Of a stretch of DNA of 64,000 nucleotides, positions 52,850 through 64,000 are shown piece after piece. A model generated the notes under the pieces. It saw only the letters and a program-made list of their open reading frames with translations. It searched no databases and had not been told where the DNA came from. The position numbers and the translations under genes were made by a program. How positions within the stretch are numbered: the first letter of the stretch is position 1; each line of letters opens with the position of its first letter. The stretch is from Octopus vulgaris (lineage: Eukaryota): NCBI GenBank assembly GCA_951406725.2, contig OX597816.1, forward strand, positions 126,480,001-126,544,000. The letters run 5' to 3'.

Positions 52850-53486
52850 TTCGATAAAATAACATTCTTCCACTACTCTAGGGACCAATTCTGTAGGTTT
52901 TCACTCCACTCTAAACGCTTTGCAACGTTTGTTTTTGAAAGTAGTAGTTTTCTGATTGCCGCTCTCCCATGAAATCTAGCTTTGTGCAGCTCTTGGCAAA
53001 TAGCTTTTGTGGAAACTGGGTTCTTGAGGTGGTTATTAAGCTCTGCAGTAATTTTGGGTGCTGTACTTCTGTGTTCCTTTCTAACAATTCACGTAAGAGT
53101 CCAACGGTCCCTATCTGAAAGCTTTGGTTTTCTTCTGGAGTTTTGTTTTGACGAGGAGGTTTTTCCCTCTTTCTCAAAGGTTGTCATTACTTTTGAGACA
53201 GTACTTCTTGATATAGCAAATATTTCAGCTGTTTTCATTTTACTAGTGCCTGCCGTATGAGCACCAACAATTTGACCTCTTTGAAAGTCTGATAGATCTG
53301 TCATTTTAATAAATTCTAATTACCTTTTTCTGATAATATCTGAAAAGAAACAGTAATTTTAGCAAAACATATTAAGCAACACTAATAATAAATAAAAAAA
53401 ACATACAACTAAACAAGCTCTTGATGGTTTTATAGATATTTCAAAATTATGATGCTAGGTGTTTCCATTATTTTGTCCAACCCCTG
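52850..53486 (-). mobile_element. Tc1-like transposon 5' half (TIR and transposase N-terminus), 3'-truncated
   Basis: TIR CAGGGGTTGGACAAAATAATGGAAACACC (53458-53486) with TA at 53487-53488. ORF 53089-53304 MTDLSDFQRGQIVGA..SRSTVSKV..RKPKLSDRD continues in another frame to RKLLLS..RLEW..WKNVILS. Confidence 0.88.
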
Positions 53487-54154
53487 TATGTATGTAAGGC
53501 AGCAGCAGCACTGTCCCAGATGCAGGAGCTATATTCTATTGCAGTTCTCTTTCTCTTCAGCCCTGTAAAGGATTAGTAGTTGTTGCAATGGGTTGATGGA
53601 AATGTGCTAGAATGCCTCAGTGATTGGGGCCTAGTATTTAGAACTGTTACAAGGGCTCAATTTGCATGCTGCCCTTATCTAAATGGTAAGGAAGGGGTGT
53701 TACGTGCAATGATTTTTTTCTCTGTGGGCAGGGTTTGTATACTTATTTTTGCTGTTGAAGGAAATAAATTTGGCACAATCCCATAGGAGCATGTTTTTGA
53801 GTCAGTGCAGATTTGGCATGAGCCATCCAGTTTGTATGTGGATGACACTTAGGTGTGGAACATTACAGAGTGAAGCGTTGTATCATTTCTGTGAAAGTAA
53901 CTGTTGGAGATGACAATGTGTAGGCCATTGATTTATTGGAGGAGAGGTATTAGATGTTAAAGGACAACAGAGTTGATAGAAAGTGTTCTCTGGCACAGAC
54001 CATGATAGAGTGGTTTATTGATTGAAAAAAAATATTAAGACAAATAGATTTAATCAATCTCTGACGAATCTTATTTGAATAAAAATGCTACAGTTTTATC
54101 ATTATCCAAAATATTTTGCTCATCCTTACATTTATGAAATGAAATCTATTACAG

Positions 54155-54313
54155 ACAAAACTTATCATAAAAGAAAAACAGTCCTACAGCCGTGAAATTG
54201 TTTTTGATCTGGCTACATCCTCAGACCAACCTCGATCAAGGGTTCCTCATCTGGAGCACCGCTTAATAAAGAAAAATGATTCTTTATTATTACAAGTCAC
54301 AGTTGGATCTGCG
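54155..54313 (+). CDS. Probable internal coding exon of an unidentified host gene (159 nt, phase 0-0)
   Basis: CTATTACAG| acceptor and GCG|GTAAGTA donor. The open frame reads TKLIIKEKQSYSREIVFDLATSSDQPRSRVPHLEHRLIKKNDSLLLQVTVGSA. It is GC-richer than its flanks and has no TE motif that I recognise. Confidence 0.6.
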
Positions 54314-55298
54314 GTAAGTATCTCTAAAATATTTTTTCTGAAAATATAACAATTTTTAATTTAAACTTACTTGTATCAAATCTTCATTTTGGAGTCTACG
54401 TTTATATTTGAAAATAATAACTGATAACTGATGCCTAATTTTCACATTAAAGTAAAATTATTTTGATATGCATTTTAAAATTGTTGTTTAGAAGTGCAAG
54501 TGAAACGAGTTTAAAATTCATTGCCTTTAATAAATTGAATTATCTTCCTTTGATGACTAAGAATGTATTTCAAACTATTTGTTTCTGAAAGAGAAGAAAA
54601 ATACACACGAGTAAAATTTCTTCAATTATAATTTTAAAATGTTTAATTTTAAATGTAATGTAATTTGTATTGGTACATCTGTCTCCTATCAATAAATAGA
54701 AAGAAAGTGTTGTAGCTCTATGATTCTTGCTATAAAATAAATTTTGTTTGTTTATATTTTCTTTATATATTTATGTATTTTATGTCTTTAATTTAACTTC
54801 GTTATATGATTAGAGTGTAAGTTTATAATTATGGAATGTAGAATAAATTATCATTACATATTAATGAAAACGAAAAATAATTAAATTATATTGAATTAAT
54901 ATATATAAACTAATAATAACAAACAGAAATCAACTAGTAATAGTAAATGAAACCAAATGGGTTGCTTTTAAAAATAAAATGATACATTCAATTAAATCAA
55001 AATGTTGCCATTTTGTATTAATACAAAAACACAAAATGTGTATTTAAGTAATTTTTATAAGATATTTGCTTGGAATAAACAGAGAGTTTCAAAATCATTT
55101 GGATTATATTGGGCATCCCTGAAGACTTCACTGTTATAAAGTTTATCTTACTAACACAAAAACTATATTCTTCCCATAGAATATTTGTAAACCATAGAGC
55201 CTTTTAACACACATTATTTCACCAATACAAAGCTTAATTAGAAATTATCCCTTTCTGAAAACCATAACGAAGAACCAGTCAAATACTTACACACAAAC

Positions 55299-56545
55299 AT
55301 GCACAGATACCGTTTCTATGACACCCTACTGCAGACCACCTCATTGACGAATAACAGGGACCTTCTCTTTGTGGCTGGTGACTTCAATGAGCCTGTTGGA
55401 CGACATGCTGGGGACTTCCATGGCATACATGGAGGCTACAGTTATGGTTCCTGCAATGAGGACAGAACAAAGCTGCTGGAGTTCTGCGATGCGAATAGTC
55501 TTATGGTTTGCAACACTAACTTCAGGAAACCTACAAGCCACCTGGTCACCTACCGATCGGGCCAACATACTAGCCAAATCGACTACATCCTTGCCAGAAA
55601 AAGGGAAAGAGGTGCAGCAATATCAGAGGAAGCCTGACGGAAAATAGTTTTTGTGTGTGGAAGATGCCCTTGTACAATTAACATTAAAAATGTACAGAAA
55701 ACAGACTCCATTAAGTGCCAGGGGGAAAAGTAGTTGATAATTTGTGTTACCTAGGTGACCAAGTCAGTAGCGGGGGGGGGATTCTCTAAGAGCATAGCTG
55801 TTGGAATAAGAATAAGCTGGGCAAAGTTCAGAGAGCCCCTACTTCTATTGGTAACAAAGAGCCTCTCTGACAGAGTGAAAGGTAGATTGTATGATGCCTG
55901 TGTACAAACAGCCATGCTACACAGCAGTGAAACATGGGCTGTGACTACTGAGAACATGTGTAGGCTTGAAAGAAATGAAGCTAGTATGCTTCACTGGATG
56001 TGTAACGTCAGTGTGCATGCACAACAGAGGGTAAGCATCTTGAGAGGAAAGTTGGGCATAAAAGACATCTGATGTAGTGTGCAAGAGAAATGACTGTGCT
56101 GGTATGATCATGTGATACACATGGATGAAGACAGCTGAGTGAAGCAGTGCCAAACTCTAATGGTGGAGGGAACTTGTGGTCGAGGTAGACCCAGGAAGAC
56201 ATGGGACAAAGTAGTGAAGCATGATCTTTGAATGTTGAGTCTCATGGAGAGAAAGACAAGTGACTGAGACCTTTGGTGATATACTGCACTTAAGAAGACT
56301 TGTCAAGCCTAGTGACATCATAGTTGTGGCCGATGCCAGAACTGCGTAGCTGACACCCAAGCTGGTGGCATATAAAAAGCACTTATTACTGTCCTGGAGG
56401 GGTTGGCATTAGGTAGGACATCCAGCCATAGAAACCATGCCAAATCAGATTGGAACCTCAGCTTACCAGTTTTCAGTCAAATCATCCAATCCATGCCAAC
56501 ATGGAAAACAGACATTAAATGATGATGGAGATGATGATGACGATA
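55299..56545 (+). mobile_element. Internally deleted RTE LINE (APE endonuclease, RT C-terminus, 3' UTR, (GAT)n tail)
   Basis: LFVAGDFN..QIDYIL (55299-55637), RLYDACVQTAMLHSSETW..ERNEASMLHWMC (55755-56072) and RGRPRKTW. The 3' UTR is shared with the short tail repeats. Confidence 0.88.
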
Positions 56546-56777
56546 TATATAAGCCACATCTTTGTGAAAAGAATGTGGAAAAGCACTCATGAGATAAACA
56601 CTTTCACTCTATCACAGTAGTAGATTATGGTCACCTGGAATCTGGTGGCATATGGCACATGATGCTGTTGAAGACCAGTTTTCAAATATTTCATAAGGGT
56701 TGAAAACAGCGACATTTATACTAAATATTTCTTTGATGGAAATGAGTGAAAAGTGAACAAGATAATATCTTTGTACA

Positions 56778-57009
56778 AGGCAGTGAGCTGGCAGAAACGT
56801 TAGCATGCAGGACAAAATACTTATCAGTATTTCATCTGCCGTTAGATTGTGAGTTCAAAATTCTACCGAGGTCAACTTTGCCTTTCATCCTTTCGGGATC
56901 GATAAATTAAGTACCAGTTATGTACTGGGATCGATGTAATCGACTTAATTCCGTTGTCTGCCCTTGTTTGTCCCCTCTATGTTTAGCCCCTTGTGGGCAA
57001 TAAAGAAAT
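56778..57009 (+). mobile_element. SINE family B with a perfect 19-bp TSD
   Basis: The TSD AAGATAATATCTTTGTACA is at 56759-56777 and 57010-57028. The head is GGCAGTGAGCTGGCAGAAACGTTAGC, with a B-box-like GAGTTCAAA. Confidence 0.92.
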
Positions 57010-57586
57010 AAGATAATATCTTTGTACATGCTTTATTTTCTAGTTGTTGTTTGCTACTTGTATGATACAGTCTGTCTGTTTTTTTGTTATATACTTAATT
57101 TTATTGATACTTAAAGGTTTCTCTTACTTTTCATATATCTTGTTCTTGCATAGAATATTTTTTTGCAAACATGGCCTTCAGATGGCTGGTTTTCTTCATT
57201 TCTCTGTGTGATAACAGATGTATCTTCTCTTTCCAACCTCTTCTATGACTATTTTCATTTTGTTTGGATTTCTGTAGAACACATGCTCTTGTTAATTTCA
57301 TTCTTGTCATTGAAACTAATTATACTCAGTCTTCTTTGTTGATATATTTGAATATATCTGAAAGTATTTTGGAGGGAATCCTTAAGACGTTTCTTCTATC
57401 TGCAACTAAATAGCTGCCTTGGCTTTTGCCAGAAGTGTTGTTAGGATATAGAGTCAACTTTTAATTTAGCAATGTTGTTGTTGTCTAATTCCACTCTAAT
57501 CCTGATCAGGTAGTCCTATGATTAAAGGGCACTCCATCTCTTTAGGATTATATTTCCCAAGAGTCTTTCTATTATGTAAGTAAGGT

Positions 57587-57801
57587 AAGGCGATGAGCTG
57601 GTGGAATCATTAGCATGCCAGGTGAAATCCTTAGTGGTATTTCGTCTGTTGTTACATTCTGAGTTCAAATTCTGCCAATGTTAACTTTGCCTTTCATCCC
57701 TTTCAGGGTTGATAAAATAAGAACCAGTTGAACACTGGGATTGATGTAATTAACTCACCCCCTCCCCCAGTATTGCTGCCCTTGTAGCAAAATTTGAAAC
57801 C
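57587..57801 (+). mobile_element. SINE family B with a 16-bp TSD
   Basis: The TSD ATTAT(G/T)TAAGTAAGGT is at 57571-57586 and 57802-57817. Confidence 0.9.
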
Positions 57802-60800
57802 ATTATTTAAGTAAGGTGTAATTTAAGGAAGATTTTGATATTAGTTCAAGCCTTTGAAGTGAATCCATAGAAACTCTTTTGCTGACCATTAAAACGTTCT
57901 ATTTCAATGTGCCCGTTGGTTTAGGAACAATGCTTTGGGAATAATAATGTGACATCTTGATAACATTATTTTTTTGTGGAATTGATCTTTGTGGTATGAT
58001 CTAAAAAACTTGTTAAAGCTGTTATGTCCCCACCCCCGCCCCCCAAAACTTTTATCAATATCTTTTATGCAAAGGTATAAATATCATTTCCATTATTTTG
58101 AAATTCATAAGTGTCATTTTTGAAACCTCCTTTGGCAAATGTATGCCGTATTATCGATAGCTTGAAATAATATTCAGATCTTGGAAAGTTTTCAGAATGG
58201 CAAGAGTTATAAACATATTAACATGCTTGGTTAGATAGGAGTCAAAAACAAGTGAGAAAATAGAAAGATGCAGATTTTCTGAGAATACTTGAACAAATTT
58301 GATAGGAATGAAACAATTAGGGAAAAACTAGTGAAGAAAATTATTCAAGATAACTCTTAAAAAATGTTGTATGCAAAAGTTATGATATATAACAAAAGCT
58401 TCTTTCTGAAAGCTTTTTTTTTTAAATATTGTTTGAATGATGGTACCTACATATAACGTAATGTATGAAATGAGTTGGAATTTGCTAATGACAATTTTTG
58501 CAAGTGATTTGTACTTGTTGATATTTTTTTTGTTTTGTTTTAGTCATTTGAATTTGTTTAAAATTCATTAGTATTGTATTCAAATAAAGAAATAACTGTA
58601 TTTCAAGATTTTGGATATATCAAGGGACCTGAGGAAGGTCCCATTTGAAAATGAAATATATAATATAATTTATACCATACTGCATAAATGTTTTATAATG
58701 GTGTAGTAAGGATATTTAAATTCTTCGTTAATCAATAGACCATTGTTTTTTTTTATTTATGAAGTAGCCCCTGATAATTAAATGATTACATTTTGAACTT
58801 AATCTATAAATTATACATTGCAAACAAGAGTTTAACAATATTAAAGTCATGTGAGTTTATAATTAGAGCAATACATCACTTGTTTTTAATATTATAAGAA
58901 TAAGAATAAAGCAAAATAGTATTTTACATGAAAACTTTTATGGTATCCTATTACAGCAACATGTTAAACTGTTATAATGTTTGAAAGAACTTCACTGAAA
59001 AACAGTATGTCTAATTTTAAATATGTTTTACATATAATAATCTTACATTTTCCTATTGTACTCCTATTGAAAAATAACATGGTGAATTTGAATTTCATTC
59101 ATTCACCTTCCTGTCTAATGAAAAAATTACCAAATTAAGAAATGAAATTCAACTTCACTGAATTTCTTTTTATTATAAAATGTAAAAGAGAAAGTTGAAA
59201 TATTATTATATGTTGCTATCCATAGAAATAAACTTCTCTAACATAAACTGCACAGTCTCATCATAATAAATTTAATTAACTATAACAGCACGGATATACA
59301 ACTAAATCTACACAAAGACACCATATAATATGGCAAAATTATTGCAATAGTGAGTGGTATCCATAGTACAGGTAAACTTAGGAAGAAAGAATAGGGACTG
59401 ATTAGATCATTTCTAAGAACATTATGCCTGAAGATATGATAAAAGATTTAAACATACAGTATTGTAAACTTGCCTAACTCCTACATTATAAGAATATACA
59501 TTATAAAACAAGGATAGTCATCAATGATAAATAAAGAAGCCTTATAGATACAATAATTTTATCTATTAAGTATCCACTGTTTCAATCATTATTTTCCATT
59601 GGCAAAATTATGGAACATTAGCATAAACAAATATCATTTATAAATTTTCTTTGGTTGCCTTACAGAAATATTAAAAGTAAAGTATTCAATACTACATAAG
59701 CTATTGACTTATGTTTTATTTTATTTTTCAGATCCTATGTTAATTCCATGCTAAAACAGTAGACTCTTTCACAAATATATACAGTTCCCATGCTTATCAT
59801 TAAAATAAAGAGCTTTATACTATTTCTAGCTGGCAATAATTGCTCAAAATATTTATGAAATTTAGAATATAAAGTGAGAAAATTACTATTTTGCATAATT
59901 AGTTTCTCTCACAGGTATTCCCACCAGTAAAATTTAATTTGTCAGTCTAATACCTGTAGCAATGTTGTTTACTATTAAATTAGTTTTAGTAGGATGTATT
60001 TTAGACAAAAATCTTCCTCAGAGATAAAATAAAAAGTGTGTTCAAACTGTATCAGTATATTTGAAGTGTGTACAAAGAGGTGTATTGTTGAGTATTTGGA
60101 ATCATGATGGCACCTTACTGAGGCCAAGATTATTGCATTGTTCACTAAGACTATCACTGAAATATATGGAAATTACATATTGGCACAATGCTGTTTACCA
60201 GGACTGAACCTATTTTTCTTTATCGCCTTTGACAATAATTTTCGTTCAGTATGGGAACACACTTCCTCTATCTCTCATCTTTTTTATCACCTTCCTTAAC
60301 AGCTTTGTTACTTTAAATACTATCCTCCTTTTCAACTCTTTGTATTACAAGAAATCTTTTTCTTCTTGCTCAACACACATCAAAACACTGTTCTTTTTTC
60401 CTTGACTTCACAAGAGGTTAAACTGATTTTTGTAGAGATGAGGATAGTTATATTAAATTAAACGTTGATTCCGTTCCCTACTGAGTTCAAGTTAACAGCT
60501 TAACCAGTCTACATGTCTCACACACGTATACCAGTGAACAGAATTCCATTTTCATCCTTTTTCACCTAGCAGCTATTTCATTACAATACACTATTTTATT
60601 CTGCAGCTTATACTTTCTGTATTCATACCCATTGGTTACTTCCTTTTTACCTCTCCTTCAAAAAGATGAAAGGGTATATGGTCTCTTTAACAGATATCTC
60701 TTATTTCTAACCAATCCAATAACAAATGCTTCAATGATCCCCTCTCTCGATAACATTCATACCTGACTTTATTTCTGTTTGCATATAAACAGGTTTATAT

Positions 60801-61244
60801 TTTGGGTTTTATAAATACAAACCAACATATTTCGCCTACATTTTTGCATGGTACAATGTAACTTTCCACCAGATGGCTCTTGTAATCTTTCTCTAGTCAC
60901 TTTTTCTGAATTTAATGTTTTTCCATCTGATTTTCTTTTCTCACATTCTTTTCACATGTATACCACATTCATCGTGTGCATGTATGTATACATGTATATT
61001 TATGTGTACATAAATGCAAATGTAGGCAGAAACACATGTGTATGTATATGAGTGTACGTATGATATGTATATTCATGTGTCTACATGTGTGTATAATCTT
61101 ACACTTAGGTTTGTGGCATATATCTATGTGTATAAACTTATATTCATGCATACATACATACATACATACATACATTCATATGTACATATGTACATACATA
61201 CATTCCTGTAAGCGCACGCACGTGCATGTGTGTGTGTGTGTGAA

Positions 61245-61523
61245 GGTGCAAGTTTAATGGCTAGCATGTTGCACTCAAGATGCCAAGATCATGGTTTCAA
61301 TTCCCAGATCAGGAGTTGTGTTCTTGAGCAAAACTCTTCATTTCATATTTCAATGCAATCGTTTCATTATCTGAGATGTGGCACATCATACAAATGTCGA
61401 TTTGATGGAAGGAGTGAGCTTATGTGAACACAAACATTTGATTGCTATAAACAAATCATCTGTGTGGACTTTTAACAAGGAAATTGCAGAACCCTCATAT
61501 GTCATCTAACAATGGGAGAGTCC
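61245..61523 (+). mobile_element. tRNA-derived SINE, family C
   Basis: A tRNA-like head (TAATGGCTAGCATG..GGTTTCAATTCCC), then GTGTTCTTGAGCAAAAC. The body is shared with 36690-36900. Confidence 0.7.
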
Positions 61524-61546
61524 ATTATATATATATATAATCTAAA

Positions 61547-61740
61547 TGTATATATTAAGAAAAAGGAGGCAGTCAGAATTTTGCATCATTCTTTATTAGT
61601 GCTTTCGTTCATTTACCGAACTAATCAAGATAAAATCAAATGGACCATTTTGATTTTGTTGTGATGAGTTCAATAAATGGATGAAAGTGCTAATAAAGGA
61701 TTATTCAAAATTTTGACTGCTTTCTTTTTATCAATATACA
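61547..61740. mobile_element. Spacerless ~190 bp palindrome with a hammerhead-like motif in each arm
   Basis: The centre is AAATGG-A-CCATTT at 61644. The arms align out to AAAAG.A.GCAGTCA.AATTTTG. Confidence 0.85.
61654..61698 (+). ncRNA. Degenerate minimal hammerhead motif; mirror copy on - at ~61591-61635
   Basis: The + arm reads gTGATGA-GTTC AATAAAT GGAT-GAAA-GTGC-TA. The - arm reads tTGATTA-GTTC GGTAAAT GAAC-GAAA-GCAC-TA. The inferred ancestor has a palindromic GCGC loop 3. Confidence 0.55.
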
Positions 61741-61870
61741 ATATCTCAACACCACTTCAAACACTCTATACACACACACACATGCACACACACACACACA
61801 CACACACACAAGCAAGTGTATTAGCTCGATGCTCTGGAAAAATGGAAAAGTCTTTTACCTTTCGAGCCTA

Positions 61871-61945
<75 letters not shown>

Positions 61946-61976
61946 TTTATAGAAAAACAAAAGATGAAAACAAGTG

Positions 61977-62015
<39 letters not shown>

Positions 62016-62119
62016 ATTGCATGCATAAAGTCTTTTCTTTTTTTTTTTGCTTGTCACTCGTAATTGTGTAATGGGTTTTTTTTCAAATTTTTTATATGAA
62101 GGAATGTTATCAGAGTATT

Positions 62120-62560
62120 AGCATAACCCTGACCGCATGTGTAGCAGAATTCTGCAGGTAATCCTGGTGTAACAGATTTTGCTATAACTTGTTTTTGTTT
62201 TTGTTATTCCAACCAATTTGACTCTGCAACATTTACTCTTTTCCTTTAACTCTCTGCTATTTATTGGATTCACTTGCTGTCTTCTCCCATATAGTCACAG
62301 TTAGGTTATCTGTTTCATTGGAGTATATTTTATGACAGAGGTGGTTTGGCACTCTTCTTTGATGGCTTCCATATTTCAGCTTACTGTAGAGCACAGCCAT
62401 CGGTGTCCTAGTATCCTCTATGCAGATCACATATCACATCCAGCACAGCTGTGATTTGAGCAGAATGGACTCAATCTTTAGTATATCAGCTTGCTTAGGA
62501 CCTTGGAAATGTGATCTTACCAAAAAGTGTTTGTTAAAGAATAGATCATTGCTGGTACAA
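62120..62560 (-). mobile_element. Decayed RTE-like 3' fragment
   Basis: The minus strand has VLYS.AEIW (LLYG.ETW-like) near 62365-62400. The evidence is weak. Confidence 0.4.
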
Positions 62561-64000
62561 CTGGTAGCTCATCAGTTATTGATATGCATTCAATGCAGTC
62601 TATAAAATACAACAAAAATAGAAAAGAAAAGATAGTACTGCTACTCAGTAAAATTTTCTAACAGTTTTAACAATTTTATGCTATATCGTTTCCATAATCA
62701 GTCAAATCAGTCATTCAGCTTCTGAAAGTAACCACAGCCAACTAACTGCTGCATGCTATGATCTACCTCTTCATCCAAGCTGTTGGTGAAAGCATACTGC
62801 CCAAATACGCAAACATTTTCATTGCACTTAGAAACTGATTTACAATTATAATGCTCAGAGGTTTGTATTCCAGGTTTAGGTTAATGCAACACTTCAGTCT
62901 TTTCATATTTATTGATAAGCCAAAAGCTTATTTCACAATACAAAATAGTACATAATTTTTCTCTATATTTTCCAGTGTATGAACCATATCTCACACATGC
63001 ATCCAAGCGCGCACACACACACACACACACACACATGTAAAGACACTAAATAATTCTGTAGGCTCTCTTAATTCTTTTCACGCAGTACTTTCTTCTTTGT
63101 CTGCCTTATCTCTTGCTCTCTTTCCCTCCCTCTCTCTCTATGATCTGTGTTTCTGTAGCCTTCTATCACTATGCATTTGGGTCATTTTTTCTTTATCTTT
63201 CCCTTCCAACACATAATTTCTCCAACAAAGAAAACAGCACAAATTATTCCGTTTTCTTAAATTTTATTGAAGTGATTTTTTGCCTTTACTATCAGACTCT
63301 TGTATGTTGTTTGTTGCCTTAATATCTACGTTGGTACAACAAAGTTTTTGACAAATCGTCTATTGATCATAATCTTCAAAGAAAACAATAAAAATGTTTT
63401 AATACTTTTTGCATATGTGTGAGCAGTTTAGAGTTGGGGTTAGAATACAATGATTAGTGTCCATGATCCAATTCTGATTCATAGTGGAAGCTTTTGTACT
63501 TCACTGACAGAACTAATAATTTTGGAAAAGGTGTCGGCATTAGAACTTACAATTTATCATACTCAAATAGATGTGAGGTCACATACCTATGTAAGAAATC
63601 AATATGTTCTGCATACATAGTTACTAACATAAAGAAAAATGCATAGACAAAGTTGGTCTGGAATAATGTATGCCTTGGAATAATATTTAATGGCAATTCT
63701 TTTTCAATATGTAAAGAACTTTGTAAATTTTATGATGGTATTGCTAATACCAGTGGTGGAGATATTTGCAGCCAGTGGTAGCAGCAAAAGTGGTGTGATG
63801 GTAACGATGCTGGTAATTGCTGCAGTAACATTGTAGTTTATCATGAGACAAGAAGTGGCTAAACACTAACGCTTAAATATTATACAACAAAAATGAAAAC
63901 AAGTGAAAAAAAATGTTTTTTTTTCTTATTTTTTAACAATAAACATGCTATTGATTATTTATATGGGAGTCAACTAATATATAGTGTGTTGTATTTTTAT

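Noticed and set aside
58624-58642. Hairpin GGGACC-TGAGGAA-GGTCCC
   Set aside because: Only a 6-bp stem with no supporting context.

Overview
AT-rich animal genomic DNA that is almost entirely intronic or intergenic. The SINE and LINE repertoire and the dense (TA)n, (CA)n, (GAT)n and (AAT)n repeats resemble an octopod cephalopod (Octopus-like); this is an inference. Most ORFs in the track are microsatellite or transposon artefacts. The window is a nested graveyard of mobile elements. It contains a Gypsy pol fragment, maT/Tc1/mariner and pogo pieces, several RTE LINEs, R4/Dong-like LINEs, Penelope-like fragments, a decayed Tip100/ZMYM1-like hAT, and at least four SINE-like families. A full-length Buster-type hAT (TIRs, 8-bp TSD, frameshifted transposase) sits inside an R4/Dong LINE right next to its RT active-site motif. 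Only one convincing host exon was seen (54155-54313, + strand), plus one weaker candidate. The most interesting signal is two unrelated palindromic elements (42411-42680 and 61547-61740). Each carries a degenerate minimal hammerhead-ribozyme motif in both arms, and one has the U3-A8 core covariant. A third element with inverted arms, a 12-bp TSD and a weaker hammerhead-like core lies at 45763-46255. A 5'-inverted RTE insertion with twin-priming geometry is at 16283-16791. All calls were made by eye, and the boundaries of decayed elements are approximate.
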